A DNA stretch of 64,000 bases from Bacteroidaceae bacterium (lineage in GTDB: Bacteria; Bacteroidota; Bacteroidia; Bacteroidales; Bacteroidaceae), in contig JAZNUE010000012.1 in assembly GCA_045592125.1 (NCBI GenBank), positions 1,137 to 65,136 on the forward strand, in the 5' to 3' direction. The notes below the pieces were generated by a model that was not told the DNA's origin, did no database searches, and saw nothing but the letters and a program-made list of their open reading frames with translations. This document shows positions 9,329 through 19,449 of the stretch, one piece after another. Positions within the stretch are counted from its first letter, which is position 1; every line of letters begins with the position of its first letter. The translations under genes were made by a program, and so were the position numbers.

Positions 9329-9870
9329 TACTGCTGTGGCTGTACTTTACGTTTGCGGTCGAAGAACGGGTTCTTTGAACTTGCGCTCACCGGTATACCT
9401 ATTATATAGCTGCAGCCTGGCATCCAGCCTAGCTTGAGCGCTGCGTATCCCACTGAATACATTACGCGGGTGTCGAGCCTGAGGTCGGCCGCTGTCGCGC
9501 AGGCCGAGCCTACTGCAATGCCCACGTCTATGGTGTTCATTGCGCAAGGAACGTCTTGGGGGCGCTCGCCGCATGTGGGGAAGCCGCAATAGCCGCAGTT
9601 GAGGCACATGGCCTCTTCGCGTGAGCCTATAAGCAGCACCGCCTCGGCCGAGAGGATGTTGTCGGCATCGCGCATGAGGCCGCCGCGGCCCATGTTCTCG
9701 CCTATCTGGTGAAGCGCATTGCTCAGTGCCACAATATCGTCATCGGTAATCATCGTAATCTCAATAATATCCACGCCCTTTGCCTTGGGGGCAGTGCGTG
9801 CGGCAGTCATCATCTGCCTTGCGCACTCAATCACATGCTGGTGGCGTCCGTCTCTTTCGTCGTAAACCAT
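9328..9870 (-). CDS. DUF2148-like ferredoxin-domain protein
   Basis: A ~180-aa protein with ARTAPKAKGVD near the N-terminus and a Cys cluster CLNCGYCGFPTCG. Its stop overlaps the aguA start by 1 nt (TAATG). Confidence 0.55.
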   Translation of the reverse strand: MVYDERDGRHQHVIECARQMMTAARTAPKAKGVDIIEITMITDDDIVALSNALHQIGENMGRGGLMRDADNILSAEAVLLIGSREEAMCLNCGYCGFPTCGERPQDVPCAMNTIDVGIAVGSACATAADLRLDTRVMYSVGYAALKLGWMPGCSYIIGIPVSASSKNPFFDRKRKVQPQQ

Positions 9871-10101
9871 AGTTCTCCTTAAATAAATAGTTTCTGCGAA
9901 GATAATGAATATTTCAAAAAGACAAAGGCTGGCGATACTAAATTTTATAAACAGCCAGTTCTCGCTTGTAAATAAATTTTAACACTGTTTGCTTAAAAAA
10001 TTACTGCTGTCGTTTGATAATTTTGTAGTTTTATATAATTTCGCACGTCTAATTACGCAAGAGCATACTATTAAGGCATATTTTTTTAAACCAATAATAT
10101 T

Positions 10102-12897
10102 ATGAAAAGATTCTTTCTTTCTTTAGCGGTGGCCTTAGTCACCCTAGTTTCATTTGGACAGACACAGCTGCCCGTTGATGAGAATGTTAGGATTGGCAAG
10201 CTCGATAACGGCCTGACATACTACATCCGCCATAACAGCAAGCCTGCCCAGCGTGCCGAGTTCTATCTGGCAACCAATGTAGGCGCTTTCCAGGAGGAGG
10301 ATGACCAGGACGGCCTTGCCCACTTCCTTGAGCACATGTGCTTTAACGGTACAAAGAATTTCCCTGGCAAGTCACTGCTTGAGTACCTGCAGAGCATTGG
10401 CGCCGAGTTCGGCCGCAACATAAACGCCTCTACAGGCTTTGAGCAGACACAGTACATGCTCAACAATATCCCCATCGTGCGTGAGGGTATCATTGACTCA
10501 TGCCTCCTTGTGCTGCACGACTATTCGCACTATGTGACCTGCGACCCCAAGGAGATTGACGCTGAGCGTGGCGTAATCCTTGAGGAGCGTCGCTCGCGCC
10601 GTGACGCTAACTGGAGGATGTTCGAGCAGTCGCTCCCGTACTACTTCGGCGATACACAGATGGCGCGCCGCACTCTCATTGGCGGCGAGGAGCAGTTGAA
10701 GACTTTCAGGCCAGAGAGCCTTACAAGCTTCTATCGCAAATGGTATAACCCCGACATGCAGGCAGTTGTTGTAGTAGGTGACGTTGACGTTGACCAGATT
10801 GAGCAGAAGATAAAGGACACATTCGGTTCTATCCCTGCCCCTGCAACACCCACGGTGAAGCCCATCATCCCTATCCCGGGCAATGCCGAGCCTGTTGTTG
10901 CTGTTATAACAGACCCAGAGGCGAGCACATCAATGGCTGAGCTCATATGGAGAAGCGAGGCCATGCCTAAGGAGATGGCGTCTACCGACGCTGCATTCGT
11001 GCTTGACGTGATAAAGGCAATCATCAGTCATGTATTCAGCGAGCGCATGGAGGCAATTACTGCTTCATCCAATGCTCCGTTCATTGCCGGCGACCTTGGA
11101 ATTGGCGCTCTATGCGAGGGTTGCGAGGCCGCACAGGCGCAGGTGGTATTCAGGGATGGAGACTACAAGAATGCGATGAAGGCATTCTACACTGAGATTG
11201 AGAGATTGCACCGCTATGGTGTTACCGAGAGCGAGCTCGAGCGCGCGAAACTCAAGTTCATCAGCGATGCCGAGAAGGCCGTGGAGGCTGCCGCAACACG
11301 TGAGAACGCAGAGTATGTGTGGCCAATCCTCGGTAACTTCTTCAAGAACAGCTATCTGCTTGCTCCTGAGGTTGAGCTTCAGATGACTCAGGCCGTATGC
11401 GCCCAGTTGCCATCGGCCGTGTTCCAGCAGATTCTCTCTCAGTTATTTACCGACGAGAACTTTGTAGTGCTATACAAGGCTCCAGCGCGTGAAGGACTTG
11501 TACATCCTGACAAGGAGGAAATCCTTGCTGTAATGAATGAAGTGAAGGCTGGCGAGGTGGCCGCTCCCGTAGAGGAAGGCGCTGGCGAGCCTCTGCTTGA
11601 CGCTGATGCTATTGTTCCCGGAAGCGTAAAGAAGGAGAAGAGCGGTGTTTACGGTTCAACAGAATGGACCCTGAGCAATGGCGCAAAGGTTGTGTTCATG
11701 CCTACGACACTCAAGAACGACGAGGTAATCATTTCTGTAGTGAAGAAAGGCGGCCGTTCTCTCATTGAGACAGCAGAGCTTCCTTCGTTCGAGGATAATG
11801 TATGGGCTCTCTATCAGCAGAACCGCGGCCTTTCAAAGTTCAGCGGCGTACAGCTCAAGAAGATGCTTACAGGCAAGAACGTACGCTATGCAATGAACAT
11901 AACACCAGCACGCCACGATGTGACTGCCTCTACAACACCAAAGGACATAGAGACTGCAATGCAGCTCCTCTACCTTAATTTTGCCTATCCACGTTTCGAC
12001 AACGACGAGTACCAGACAGGCATTGGCCAGCTGAAGGCAATGCTCCCGAACCTTGAGAAGCAGCCTATGCTCAAGTTCCAGAAGCACGCCACTGAGACAT
12101 TGTACGGCAACAACGAGCGCCGTCAGGCAATCAGCAGCGAGATACTTGAGAAGGCAAGCATTGCCGATGTCGAGAATGTACACCGCCGTCTCTTTGGCGA
12201 TGTCGCAGGCGCTACTGTGTATGTAGTGGGTAACATTGACGCTGAGACTCTCAGGCCTTTGGTTGAGAAGTATATAGCCTCGCTGCCTGGCGGCAAGAAG
12301 GGCGCCAAGGTGATTGACCGCAAGGAGGACCTGGTAAAGGGCGAGGTTGTAAAGGACTTCCCTGTTGAAATGGAGACTCCAAAGAATACTGTGCTTCAGG
12401 TATACTCGGGAAAAGTTCCTGCTACTGTACAGAATGAGGTTCTCCTCTCTGCCGCAAAATATTACCTTGATATGGTATACGTTGAGACATTGCGCGAGAG
12501 CGAGGGCGGTACCTATGGCGCCAGCGTGGCCGATGTATTGCAGCGCGAGCCTAAGGAGACTGCTATCCTTCAGGTTGCATTTGAGACTAACCCTGAAAGC
12601 GTGAATAAGCTTTCTGAAATGGCTATTGCAGGAATGTACGGCCTGCTTGAGGAGGGCATTCCTGCCGACAAGCTTGACATGATTGTCAAGAATATGAAGA
12701 AGAATATTCCGCAGAGAAGGATTGAGAATTCATACTGGTTCTCTAGCCTGATGAAGTATAACGACTATGGCATAGATTATGACGCTGAATACGAGGCTGC
12801 CGTGAATGCCATTACATCGGAGGCCGTTGTAGGGCTTTTGCAGTCAATTATTGAGCAAGGGAACTTTATCCAGGTTTCGCTTAGCCCAGCGGAATAA
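10102..12897 (+). CDS. M16 family zinc peptidase (insulinase/pitrilysin-like), secreted
   Basis: The protein has a signal peptide and the inverted zinc motif HFLEHMCFNGT (HxxEH). Its ~930-aa, two-half architecture is typical of Bacteroidetes M16 proteins. Confidence 0.85.
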   Translation: MKRFFLSLAVALVTLVSFGQTQLPVDENVRIGKLDNGLTYYIRHNSKPAQRAEFYLATNVGAFQEEDDQDGLAHFLEHMCFNGTKNFPGKSLLEYLQSIGAEFGRNINASTGFEQTQYMLNNIPIVREGIIDSCLLVLHDYSHYVTCDPKEIDAERGVILEERRSRRDANWRMFEQSLPYYFGDTQMARRTLIGGEEQLKTFRPESLTSFYRKWYNPDMQAVVVVGDVDVDQIEQKIKDTFGSIPAPATPTVKPIIPIPGNAEPVVAVITDPEASTSMAELIWRSEAMPKEMASTDAAFVLDVIKAIISHVFSERMEAITASSNAPFIAGDLGIGALCEGCEAAQAQVVFRDGDYKNAMKAFYTEIERLHRYGVTESELERAKLKFISDAEKAVEAAATRENAEYVWPILGNFFKNSYLLAPEVELQMTQAVCAQLPSAVFQQILSQLFTDENFVVLYKAPAREGLVHPDKEEILAVMNEVKAGEVAAPVEEGAGEPLLDADAIVPGSVKKEKSGVYGSTEWTLSNGAKVVFMPTTLKNDEVIISVVKKGGRSLIETAELPSFEDNVWALYQQNRGLSKFSGVQLKKMLTGKNVRYAMNITPARHDVTASTTPKDIETAMQLLYLNFAYPRFDNDEYQTGIGQLKAMLPNLEKQPMLKFQKHATETLYGNNERRQAISSEILEKASIADVENVHRRLFGDVAGATVYVVGNIDAETLRPLVEKYIASLPGGKKGAKVIDRKEDLVKGEVVKDFPVEMETPKNTVLQVYSGKVPATVQNEVLLSAAKYYLDMVYVETLRESEGGTYGASVADVLQREPKETAILQVAFETNPESVNKLSEMAIAGMYGLLEEGIPADKLDMIVKNMKKNIPQRRIENSYWFSSLMKYNDYGIDYDAEYEAAVNAITSEAVVGLLQSIIEQGNFIQVSLSPAE

Positions 12898-12950
12898 GAA
12901 ACAGCTTATATTTATTGGAATCTAAACAGTTTCTAAATCCTTCTAGCAAT

Positions 12951-12989
12951 AAAAAACTTGCCGTAGCCTTAAGCGACGGCAAGTTTTTT
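12951..12989. terminator. Hairpin terminator after the M16 peptidase gene
   Basis: The stem AAAAAACTTGCCGT / ACGGCAAGTTTTTT has flanking A/T tracts. Confidence 0.65.
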
Positions 12990-13055
12990 ATTGCATGGTA
13001 TGTAGTTTTTATGCTTAATTTGCGTCTAAAGGATAAATAAGCATTGAATTAGGAT

Positions 13056-13532
13056 ATGGACAATCTTGAAAAGGAGTTCGAAACGGTTGTGAGGAGGCAC
13101 CGCGGCACCATATACACGGTGTGCTACATGTTCTCCAGCGATGCCGATGAGGTTGCCGACCTGTTCCAGGATACGCTCATAAACATGTGGAAGGGGTTCC
13201 CGAAGTTCCGAGGCGAGAGCGACGTGAAGACATGGATATGGCGCGTGAGCCTCAATACCTGCATTACCGCCGAGCGCAAGAAGAGCAGGAGAGGCACGGC
13301 GCTCCCTCTCTCGGTAGATATGAATCTCTTTGAGGACAGTGACGATGATACCAGGCAGATAAGGATACTGCGCGACCGGATATGCCGCCTGGGGCATTTT
13401 GACCGGGCGATTGTGCTCCTGTGGCTCGAAAGCCTCAGCTATGAGGAGATTGGGGCGATAGTGGGAATAAGCGCCAAGAACGTCTCGGTGCGCCTGGTGA
13501 GGATACGTGAGCAGCTGAAGAAAATGTCTTGA
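13056..13532 (+). CDS. ECF-type RNA polymerase sigma-70 family factor
   Basis: 158 aa. Region 2 is recognisable (DEVADLFQDTLINMWKGFPKFRGESDVKTWIWRVSLNTCI), as is the region 4 HTH (LSYEEIGAIVGISAKNVSVRLVRIREQLK). Confidence 0.85.
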   Translation: MDNLEKEFETVVRRHRGTIYTVCYMFSSDADEVADLFQDTLINMWKGFPKFRGESDVKTWIWRVSLNTCITAERKKSRRGTALPLSVDMNLFEDSDDDTRQIRILRDRICRLGHFDRAIVLLWLESLSYEEIGAIVGISAKNVSVRLVRIREQLKKMS

Positions 13533-13549
13533 TAATAAAAGCGGAGATT

Positions 13550-14140
13550 ATGGATAGCAATATTATGTCAAATGAGCTTGAGAGCATGAAGGCGCAGCTT
13601 GTGCTGCTCAAGGAAAAGCTCGAGAAGCAGGAGATTGTGAATGAACAGCATTTGCGCAAGGCTATCAAGGGCAAGCTTGGCGAAATAAACAGGATTGCCG
13701 TGAGGATGATGATTCTGGGCCTTTTCGCAATAGCCTATTGCGGCTGGATGCTGAACCATCTGGGATTCACTCTTTACTTGCAGGCAGCTACATTCGTTAT
13801 GCTGGCCTTCTGTACCCTTGCTACATACGTGCAGCACAGGAACCTTCTAGAGGCCAAGGACCTGAGCGCAGACCTGGTTAAGGAAACCTTTGACCTGATG
13901 AGGCTCAAGAGAAGATATGGCCAATGGCTCTATCTTGCAATTCCCATGATGGCTGTGTGGGTTTCCTTCGTGGCCTATGAGATAGTCAATGTAATTCCCC
14001 AAAAGGAATTTGCCGCCAGTCTTCTGTGCGGTGTTGCCGTGGGGAGTGTAGCAGGCGGCATAATTGGACTTAGGATACACTTCAGGACACTGAAGAAAGT
14101 GGACGAGCTGCTTGCCCAGATAAAGGAACTGACCGAATGA
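13550..14140 (+). CDS. Membrane protein with coiled-coil N-terminus (possible cognate anti-sigma/partner)
   Basis: It lies immediately downstream of the ECF sigma gene. ATG 13550 is preferred over the TTG at 13529. An N-terminal coiled coil (ELESMKAQLVLLKEKLEKQE) is followed by about 4 hydrophobic helices. No recognisable anti-sigma zinc motif was seen. Confidence 0.45.
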   Translation: MDSNIMSNELESMKAQLVLLKEKLEKQEIVNEQHLRKAIKGKLGEINRIAVRMMILGLFAIAYCGWMLNHLGFTLYLQAATFVMLAFCTLATYVQHRNLLEAKDLSADLVKETFDLMRLKRRYGQWLYLAIPMMAVWVSFVAYEIVNVIPQKEFAASLLCGVAVGSVAGGIIGLRIHFRTLKKVDELLAQIKELTE

Positions 14141-14171
14141 CACATTGCAGGCAGCCGCAAATGCTATTGAC

Positions 14172-14205
14172 AATCCTGGCCGCGGACATTTCCGCGGCCA
14201 GGATT
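14172..14205. terminator. Hairpin terminator
   Basis: A 14-bp perfect stem, AATCCTGGCCGCGG / CCGCGGCCAGGATT. Confidence 0.6.
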
Positions 14206-14463
14206 TGTCTGAATGCAGCACGGCCAACCACTCATGCACACGCCTTCTCGGCCATACTTGGTCAAGAAGAGTGAGGCTGCAGCTGTAATCGCAACCGGGA
14301 AAGTATATTTTCAGGTCTATATTTTCCAATATCAGGTGTTGTGTGCAATAAGTGCCAAACATGTGGTTTTTTTAACCACACAAGATTTGTTTTTTTTGTA
14401 ACTTTGCGGTCGTTTTTGAATGGGGCTGTATTGACAAAACAGTTTCCTGGGTGTTGTAGATAT

Positions 14464-15720
14464 ATGAAAAATAGATTGGCCGGTTTCTGCTTCTTCATGT
14501 GCATGGTGCTTCTGATGTCATCGTGCAGCAGTTTCGTGGCCATTGAGCGCGGCGGCCACGAACGTTCCGACTCTGCATTCATTGGATATCTTAAGGGTAA
14601 GGGCACGCCTTATTCAAAGGGTAACCGTGTGGATATACTTAACGGGGCGCATGCCAAGTTCGACAGCCTGCTTGCCGACATTGGAAGGGCTGAGCACCAC
14701 ATACATCTTGAGTACTTCAACTTCAGGAACGATTCAATAAACAAGGTTATCATAGGCGCTCTGGCCAAGAAGGCGAAGGAGGGTGTTGAGGTGCGTGCCA
14801 TGTTCGATGCCTTCGGGAACATGTCGAACGACAGCCCGCTGAAGAAGAAGGACCTTGAGGCAATACGCCAGCATGGCATTGAGATAGTGAAGTTCGACCC
14901 TATATCCTTTCCTTGGGTAAACCATATAGCCTCGCGCGACCACAGGAAGATTGTGGTGATTGACGGCAAGATTGGGTATACTGGGGGGATTAACGTCGCC
15001 GACTATTATATCCAAGGGCTTGAAGGCGTAGGGGAGTGGCGCGATATGCACGCTAGGGTAACTGGCAAGGCGGTACATGCGCTCCAGAAGGTTTTCCTGG
15101 ACATGTGGGAGAAAGAGACCGGAGAACGGATTGCCGGCAAGGAGTATTATCCTGTACTGCCGCAGGATGACGGCGCCGAGGTGGCGGTGGTTGACCGCTG
15201 GCCGCGAAGGAGGCCCGAAAGCATACGCCATGCCTATGCAAATGCAATAAATTCGGCAAAGGACAGCATAATAATCGTAAGCCCCTACTTTATGCCTACC
15301 CCGCGTGTGCGCAAGGCCCTGGAGAAGGCTATTGACGATGGGGTAAAGGTTACAATAATACTTTCGGAGAAGAGTGATGTCAAGGGTATCCCCGACGCTG
15401 TGTGGCGCGCAGGATACAGGCTCATGAAGCGTGGCGCCGAGGTGTACATGTATACTGGCGGTTTCAACCATGCAAAAGTGATGTGCGTCGACGGCAAGTT
15501 CTGTACCATAGGCTCGGCCAACCTCAACAGCCGCAGCCTGCTCTATGACTACGAGACGAACCTCTTCATATTCGGCAAGGAGGATACCGATGAGCTGCAG
15601 CATTACATTGAGCTGGACAAGCAGCGCAGCTACAGGCTCACAAAGGAAATCTACAAGCAGCGCTCATGCTGGAGACGCTTCGTCGGGTGGCTTGTCTCGC
15701 TAGCAACTCCTGTTACATAA
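14464..15720 (+). CDS. Phospholipase D family protein (cardiolipin synthase-like), lipoprotein signal
   Basis: Two HKD motifs are present: HRKIVVIDGKIGYTGGINV and NHAKVMCVDGKFCTIGSANLNSRS. Met 14464 gives MKNRLAGFCFFMCMVLLMSSCSS, a lipobox-like signal. Confidence 0.8.
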   Translation: MKNRLAGFCFFMCMVLLMSSCSSFVAIERGGHERSDSAFIGYLKGKGTPYSKGNRVDILNGAHAKFDSLLADIGRAEHHIHLEYFNFRNDSINKVIIGALAKKAKEGVEVRAMFDAFGNMSNDSPLKKKDLEAIRQHGIEIVKFDPISFPWVNHIASRDHRKIVVIDGKIGYTGGINVADYYIQGLEGVGEWRDMHARVTGKAVHALQKVFLDMWEKETGERIAGKEYYPVLPQDDGAEVAVVDRWPRRRPESIRHAYANAINSAKDSIIIVSPYFMPTPRVRKALEKAIDDGVKVTIILSEKSDVKGIPDAVWRAGYRLMKRGAEVYMYTGGFNHAKVMCVDGKFCTIGSANLNSRSLLYDYETNLFIFGKEDTDELQHYIELDKQRSYRLTKEIYKQRSCWRRFVGWLVSLATPVT

Positions 15721-15836
15721 GTATAGAGTGAAGCATTGCGACCTGCGGTTCTGGTAATGACAAGTAGGCGGAAACTGTGCGGGGATAGTGAGATTATTCG
15801 CTCAGTTACCCTACGCCCCAGAATGACAAAACAACG

Positions 15837-16027
15837 TTTTGTTATCGGCAAGTTTTGCAGCCATTAGTCGCGTGAAGCATAGACGAAGTTTATGCCACGC
15901 GGGTGGCTAAAAGCAAAACGAGTCAATGACCTTTTTTGTTATCGGCAAGTTTTGCAGCCATTAGTCGCGTGAAGCATAGACGAAGTTTATGCCACGCGGG
16001 TGGCTAAAAGCAAAACGAGCCAATGAC
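15837..16027 (+). repeat. Intergenic repeat family B: two tandem 94-nt units with a 97-bp period
   Basis: TTTTGTTATCGGCAAGTTTTGCAGCCATTAGTCGCGTGAAGCATAGACGAAGTTTATGCCACGCGGGTGGCTAAAAGCAAAACGAG(T/C)CAATGAC occurs twice with one mismatch. Each unit holds an internal hairpin, CGCGTGAAGCATA...TATGCCACGCG. Confidence 0.9.
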
Positions 16028-16086
16028 AGTGCAAATATAGAATGACAGGTGCAGAATGAAGCGACGAGGGAACCAATATCTGGAAA

Positions 16087-16128
16087 ATATAAATAGTCCT
16101 GGTGCGTACGCACCAGGACTATTTATAT
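16087..16128. terminator. Perfect 42-nt palindrome / bidirectional terminator
   Basis: ATATAAATAGTCCTGGTGCG-TA-CGCACCAGGACTATTTATAT lies just downstream of the minus-strand wHTH gene stop. Confidence 0.65.
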
Positions 16129-16144
16129 TGCCTTAAGGCTTCAA

Positions 16145-16342
16145 TTACTTGAGAGCGAAGATTTCCTCCTCACCTGCTACGCAAGAGAAGATCTTGTCCT
16201 CGCGAAGCAACCAGCCCAAACCAAGGTAGAGTTCCTTCTCTTTCAGCTTTGCCTTTGTCTTGATCTCTTTCAATGTAAGACCCTCAGTCTCATTCAGGGC
16301 AGTCCAGATACGGCCTGCAAATGCACCAGCATTCTCAATCAT
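16145..16342 (-). CDS. Small winged-helix DNA-binding-like protein
   Basis: 65 aa. GRIWTALNETEGLTLKEIKTKAKLKEKELYLGLGWLLREDKI resembles a small wHTH family common in Bacteroidales. The family name is not certain. Confidence 0.5.
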   Translation of the reverse strand: MIENAGAFAGRIWTALNETEGLTLKEIKTKAKLKEKELYLGLGWLLREDKIFSCVAGEEEIFALK

Positions 16343-16536
16343 AATTTTTCTTATTTAGTTCAACATTAATATAGCCTTGCTTGCTTTTGAAATTAAATGC
16401 ATTGTCAAACAGTATGTTACACATCCAGGACCCTGTCTCTTTAATTTCGGGTGCAAAAGTACTGCTTTTTTTTTACATGGCAAAGAAAAATGGTGATTTT
16501 CAATGTCTTTTAATGTTTTTTTGGTCTATTTTGTGC

Positions 16537-17022
16537 CTACAGTTCTTTTCCCTTGAGGTATTCGCCGAATATCCGCGCCGCTTCCTCTACCATCTTCACA
16601 CATGGGCGTTTCTTGTAGTACTCGGCAGTGCGCGCCTCGGGTGTTGCAGGGGTGGGAGAACCTTTTGCCAGTCCCAGCAGCTCGGCGCAGATGAGCGAGC
16701 CGTTGCGCTTGCGGAACTCCTCGGCAAAGGACTGTACCATCCTGTAGTTCGCCTCCTTGCCTTCGCGGTCCTTGCCCTCGGTGCAGCCGCTCTCGAGACC
16801 GGCGAGCATGAAGAGCCCGCACGCTGCCCCGCATGTCTGGCGCATGCGGCCAATTCCTCCGCCGAAGGAGGCCGACATCTTGAGCGCCTGTTCCTGGGTG
16901 AACCCGTACATGTCGGCGTAGGCTGCGACAACCGACTGGCTGCAGTTGTAGCCTTCCTTAAAGAGTGATACCGCTTTCTCTATCCTTTCTTCCATAGCCA
17001 ATGAGATTGATTGTGCTGTCAT
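16537..17022 (-). CDS. C_GCAxxG_C_C family protein
   Basis: The family-defining Cys pattern is present: YNCSQSVV ... QTCGAACG ... ICAELL ... RPCVKMV. The start overlaps the dcp stop by 1 nt. Confidence 0.75.
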   Translation of the reverse strand: MTAQSISLAMEERIEKAVSLFKEGYNCSQSVVAAYADMYGFTQEQALKMSASFGGGIGRMRQTCGAACGLFMLAGLESGCTEGKDREGKEANYRMVQSFAEEFRKRNGSLICAELLGLAKGSPTPATPEARTAEYYKKRPCVKMVEEAARIFGEYLKGKEL

Positions 17023-19115
17023 TATATAAGGCCGCGTGCACGGAGCAGTGCGTCGGGGTTGGCGTCGGCGCCGCGGAACTTGCGGTATTCGCGCATGGGG
17101 TCCTTGCTGCCGCCCATCTCAATAAGGTTCTTGAATGCTGCTGCAGTCTCGGGGTCAAACACGCCTTTCTCCTTGAAGAGCTCAAAGGCGTCGCAGTCGA
17201 GAACTTCGGCCCACAGGTAGGCGTAATAGCCTACGGCATAGCCGCCGCCGAATACGTGCGCGAAGTTTGTGCTGCGGTAACGGTACTCAATCTCGGGGAT
17301 GAAGCCGAGTTCCTTGCGAAGCTCTTTCTCATATTCGTTGCAATCGAAACTGCTGTAGTCCTCAATGAGGTGCATCTTCATGTCGAGCAATGCTGCCGCA
17401 ACAAGCTCGGTGGTCTCAAAGCCAAGGTTGAAGTATGCGCTCTGCTGCATTTTCTCAATGAGCTCTGCGGGAATTGGCTCGCCTGTCTTGTAGTGCTTGG
17501 CGAATGTGGGCATAACTTCGGGGTGGATTGCCCACTTCTCGTTAACCTGCGAGAAGAGCTCTACAAAATCGTGCTTCACGTTTGTTCCGCTCACGCTGGG
17601 GTAGTGTGCCTGTGTGAGCATGCCGTGCAGCGCATGCCCGAACTCATGGAACAGGGTGCGTGTCTCGTCGATGTTGAGCAGTGCAGGCGTGTCTCCCTGG
17701 GGCGCTGTGAAGTTGCATACGTTCACAACCATAGGGCGCACGTTCTCGCCGCCAATGTTGCGCTGGTTCACAAAGTTGGTCATCCATGCTCCCTGGCGCT
17801 TGGTGTCGCGCGGGAAGAAGTCGGTGTAGAATATGCTCAGGTGGTTGCCTTCTCTGTCAAGCACTTCGTATGTGCTTACCTCGGGGTGGTATACGGGGAT
17901 GTCGTTGCGCTTTACTAACTGCACGCCATAGAGCCTTGCGGCACAGTCGAATGCTCCCTGCAGCACGTTCTCGAGCCTGAAGTAAGGTGTTATAGCCTCG
18001 TCGTTGAGTGCATATTTTGCCTTGCGCAGTTTCTCGGTGTAGTAGAACCAGTCCCAGCCTTCAATCTTTATGCCAGCACCTTCACTGTCGGCAACCTTCT
18101 GCAATGCATCCCGTTCTTCGGCGGCACGCTTTACTGCCGGTTCCCAAATCTTGTGCAGGAGCCCAAGCGCGGCCTCGGGTGTCTTTGCCATCTTCTCGTC
18201 GAGCACAAAATGCGCGAAGCTCTCGAACCCCAGCAGCCTTGCCTTCTGCTGGCGCAACTGCAGTATCTCCTTTATTATTGCCTTGTTATCGTTCTCGTTG
18301 CCATTGTCGCCGCGACCATAGTATGCCTTGTATACCTTCTCGCGCAGTGCGCGGTTGTCGGCATACTGCAGGAAGGGAATGCAGCTTGGCTTGTCAAGGG
18401 TGAAGACCCAGTTTCCGTCCTCACTTGCGGCAGCGTCAATAATGCTCTGCGGCAGGCCGCTGAGGTCGGCCTTGCTGGTAATGACAAGTCTGAATGCCTT
18501 GTTGTCGGCCAGCAGGTTGCTGCTGAACTTTATCTGTGCAAGGCCCAGCCTGGTATCGATGTCGAGCAGCGTTGCCTTGTCCTCCTCGCTAAGCAGCGCG
18601 CCGCCACGCACGAAACTCTGGTAGTAGTTGTCGAGTACAATCATCTGCTCCTCGTCAAGGCCCAGTGTCTCGCGCTTGTCATGTATTGAGCGTATGCGTG
18701 CGAAAAGCGTGTCGTTCATGTAGATGTAGCCGCTCAGTTCTGTAAGCTTGGGGACTACGTACTCCTCAATCTCGGTCATCTGCGGGGTGTTCTCGCTCTC
18801 GTTAAGGTTGAAGAAGATTGAGCTTACCCTGTCGAGCTTCTTGCCGCTGAGCTCGAGTGCCTCGACGGTGTTGGCGAAAGTGGCCTCTTCGCTGTTCTCG
18901 ATAATTGCCTTTATGTCGGCACGTTTCTCGGCCAGCGCAATGTCAAAGGCCTCCTTATAGTCTCCAATCTGGAACTTGCCGAACTCAGGGGCGCCGAACG
19001 GCGCCTTGCTCTCGGCAAGAATGGTGTTCCCGTTCTCGCCCGTGGTACCGGGTGAGCATGCTGCAATACCTATCATAAGTGATAATGTAAATAGTGAATA
19101 ATAAATCCTTTTCAT
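17022..19115 (-). CDS. dcp: M3 family peptidyl-dipeptidase (Dcp-like), lipoprotein
   Basis: The protein carries the zinc motif HEFGHALH, is ~700 aa long and has M3 C-terminal conservation. Met 19115 gives MKRIYYSLFTLSLMIGIAACS, a lipoprotein signal. Confidence 0.85.
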   Translation of the reverse strand: MKRIYYSLFTLSLMIGIAACSPGTTGENGNTILAESKAPFGAPEFGKFQIGDYKEAFDIALAEKRADIKAIIENSEEATFANTVEALELSGKKLDRVSSIFFNLNESENTPQMTEIEEYVVPKLTELSGYIYMNDTLFARIRSIHDKRETLGLDEEQMIVLDNYYQSFVRGGALLSEEDKATLLDIDTRLGLAQIKFSSNLLADNKAFRLVITSKADLSGLPQSIIDAAASEDGNWVFTLDKPSCIPFLQYADNRALREKVYKAYYGRGDNGNENDNKAIIKEILQLRQQKARLLGFESFAHFVLDEKMAKTPEAALGLLHKIWEPAVKRAAEERDALQKVADSEGAGIKIEGWDWFYYTEKLRKAKYALNDEAITPYFRLENVLQGAFDCAARLYGVQLVKRNDIPVYHPEVSTYEVLDREGNHLSIFYTDFFPRDTKRQGAWMTNFVNQRNIGGENVRPMVVNVCNFTAPQGDTPALLNIDETRTLFHEFGHALHGMLTQAHYPSVSGTNVKHDFVELFSQVNEKWAIHPEVMPTFAKHYKTGEPIPAELIEKMQQSAYFNLGFETTELVAAALLDMKMHLIEDYSSFDCNEYEKELRKELGFIPEIEYRYRSTNFAHVFGGGYAVGYYAYLWAEVLDCDAFELFKEKGVFDPETAAAFKNLIEMGGSKDPMREYRKFRGADANPDALLRARGLI

Positions 19116-19199
19116 CTTATATGTGTTTTGGTGTATACTTGTGTCGTCTGCGAAGATAATAAAATTTTGGCAGGTAATCAACAATAAGGGTGCCATATG

Positions 19200-19246
19200 T
19201 ACAGTGACGCCAGGACAGCGGCATTGACTGTCCTGGCGTCACTGTA
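19200..19246. repeat. Perfect 19-bp inverted repeat
   Basis: TACAGTGACGCCAGGACAG-n9-CTGTCCTGGCGTCACTGTA lies between the dcp start and the clpC terminator. Confidence 0.6.
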
Positions 19247-19387
19247 TACTGCAGCAGCTGCTTTCTAGCAGAGCAGGAGAATCATCATCTGCCCCACAAG
19301 TATCCTCAGGAACATGGCAAGAGGGTATAGCAGGCGTGCGAGTATGAGCCCGCCAATGAATAACCGGAAAATAGCTTGTTCAAAGTA

Positions 19388-19420
19388 AATACCCTCGTCA
19401 GGCGTTCTGACGAGGGTATT
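19388..19420 (-). terminator. clpC terminator hairpin
   Basis: A 14-bp perfect stem, AATACCCTCGTCAG / CTGACGAGGGTATT, lies 30 nt after the clpC stop. Confidence 0.7.
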
Positions 19421-19449
19421 CTGTCAAATGACTATGCTGTTGCAAGGTC

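Noticed and set aside
9328-9870. DUF2148-aguA-aguB coupling as something unusual.
   Set aside because: The 1-nt and 12-nt spacings simply indicate an ordinary operon for agmatine-to-putrescine conversion. There is no sequence feature beyond that.
19262-19375. Possible small hydrophobic peptide on the minus strand (...FIGGLILARLLYPLAMFLRILVGQMMILLLC*) between dcp and clpC.
   Set aside because: No in-frame ATG with a plausible upstream region could be found by eye, and only internal Met codons are present. There is not enough evidence to call a gene.
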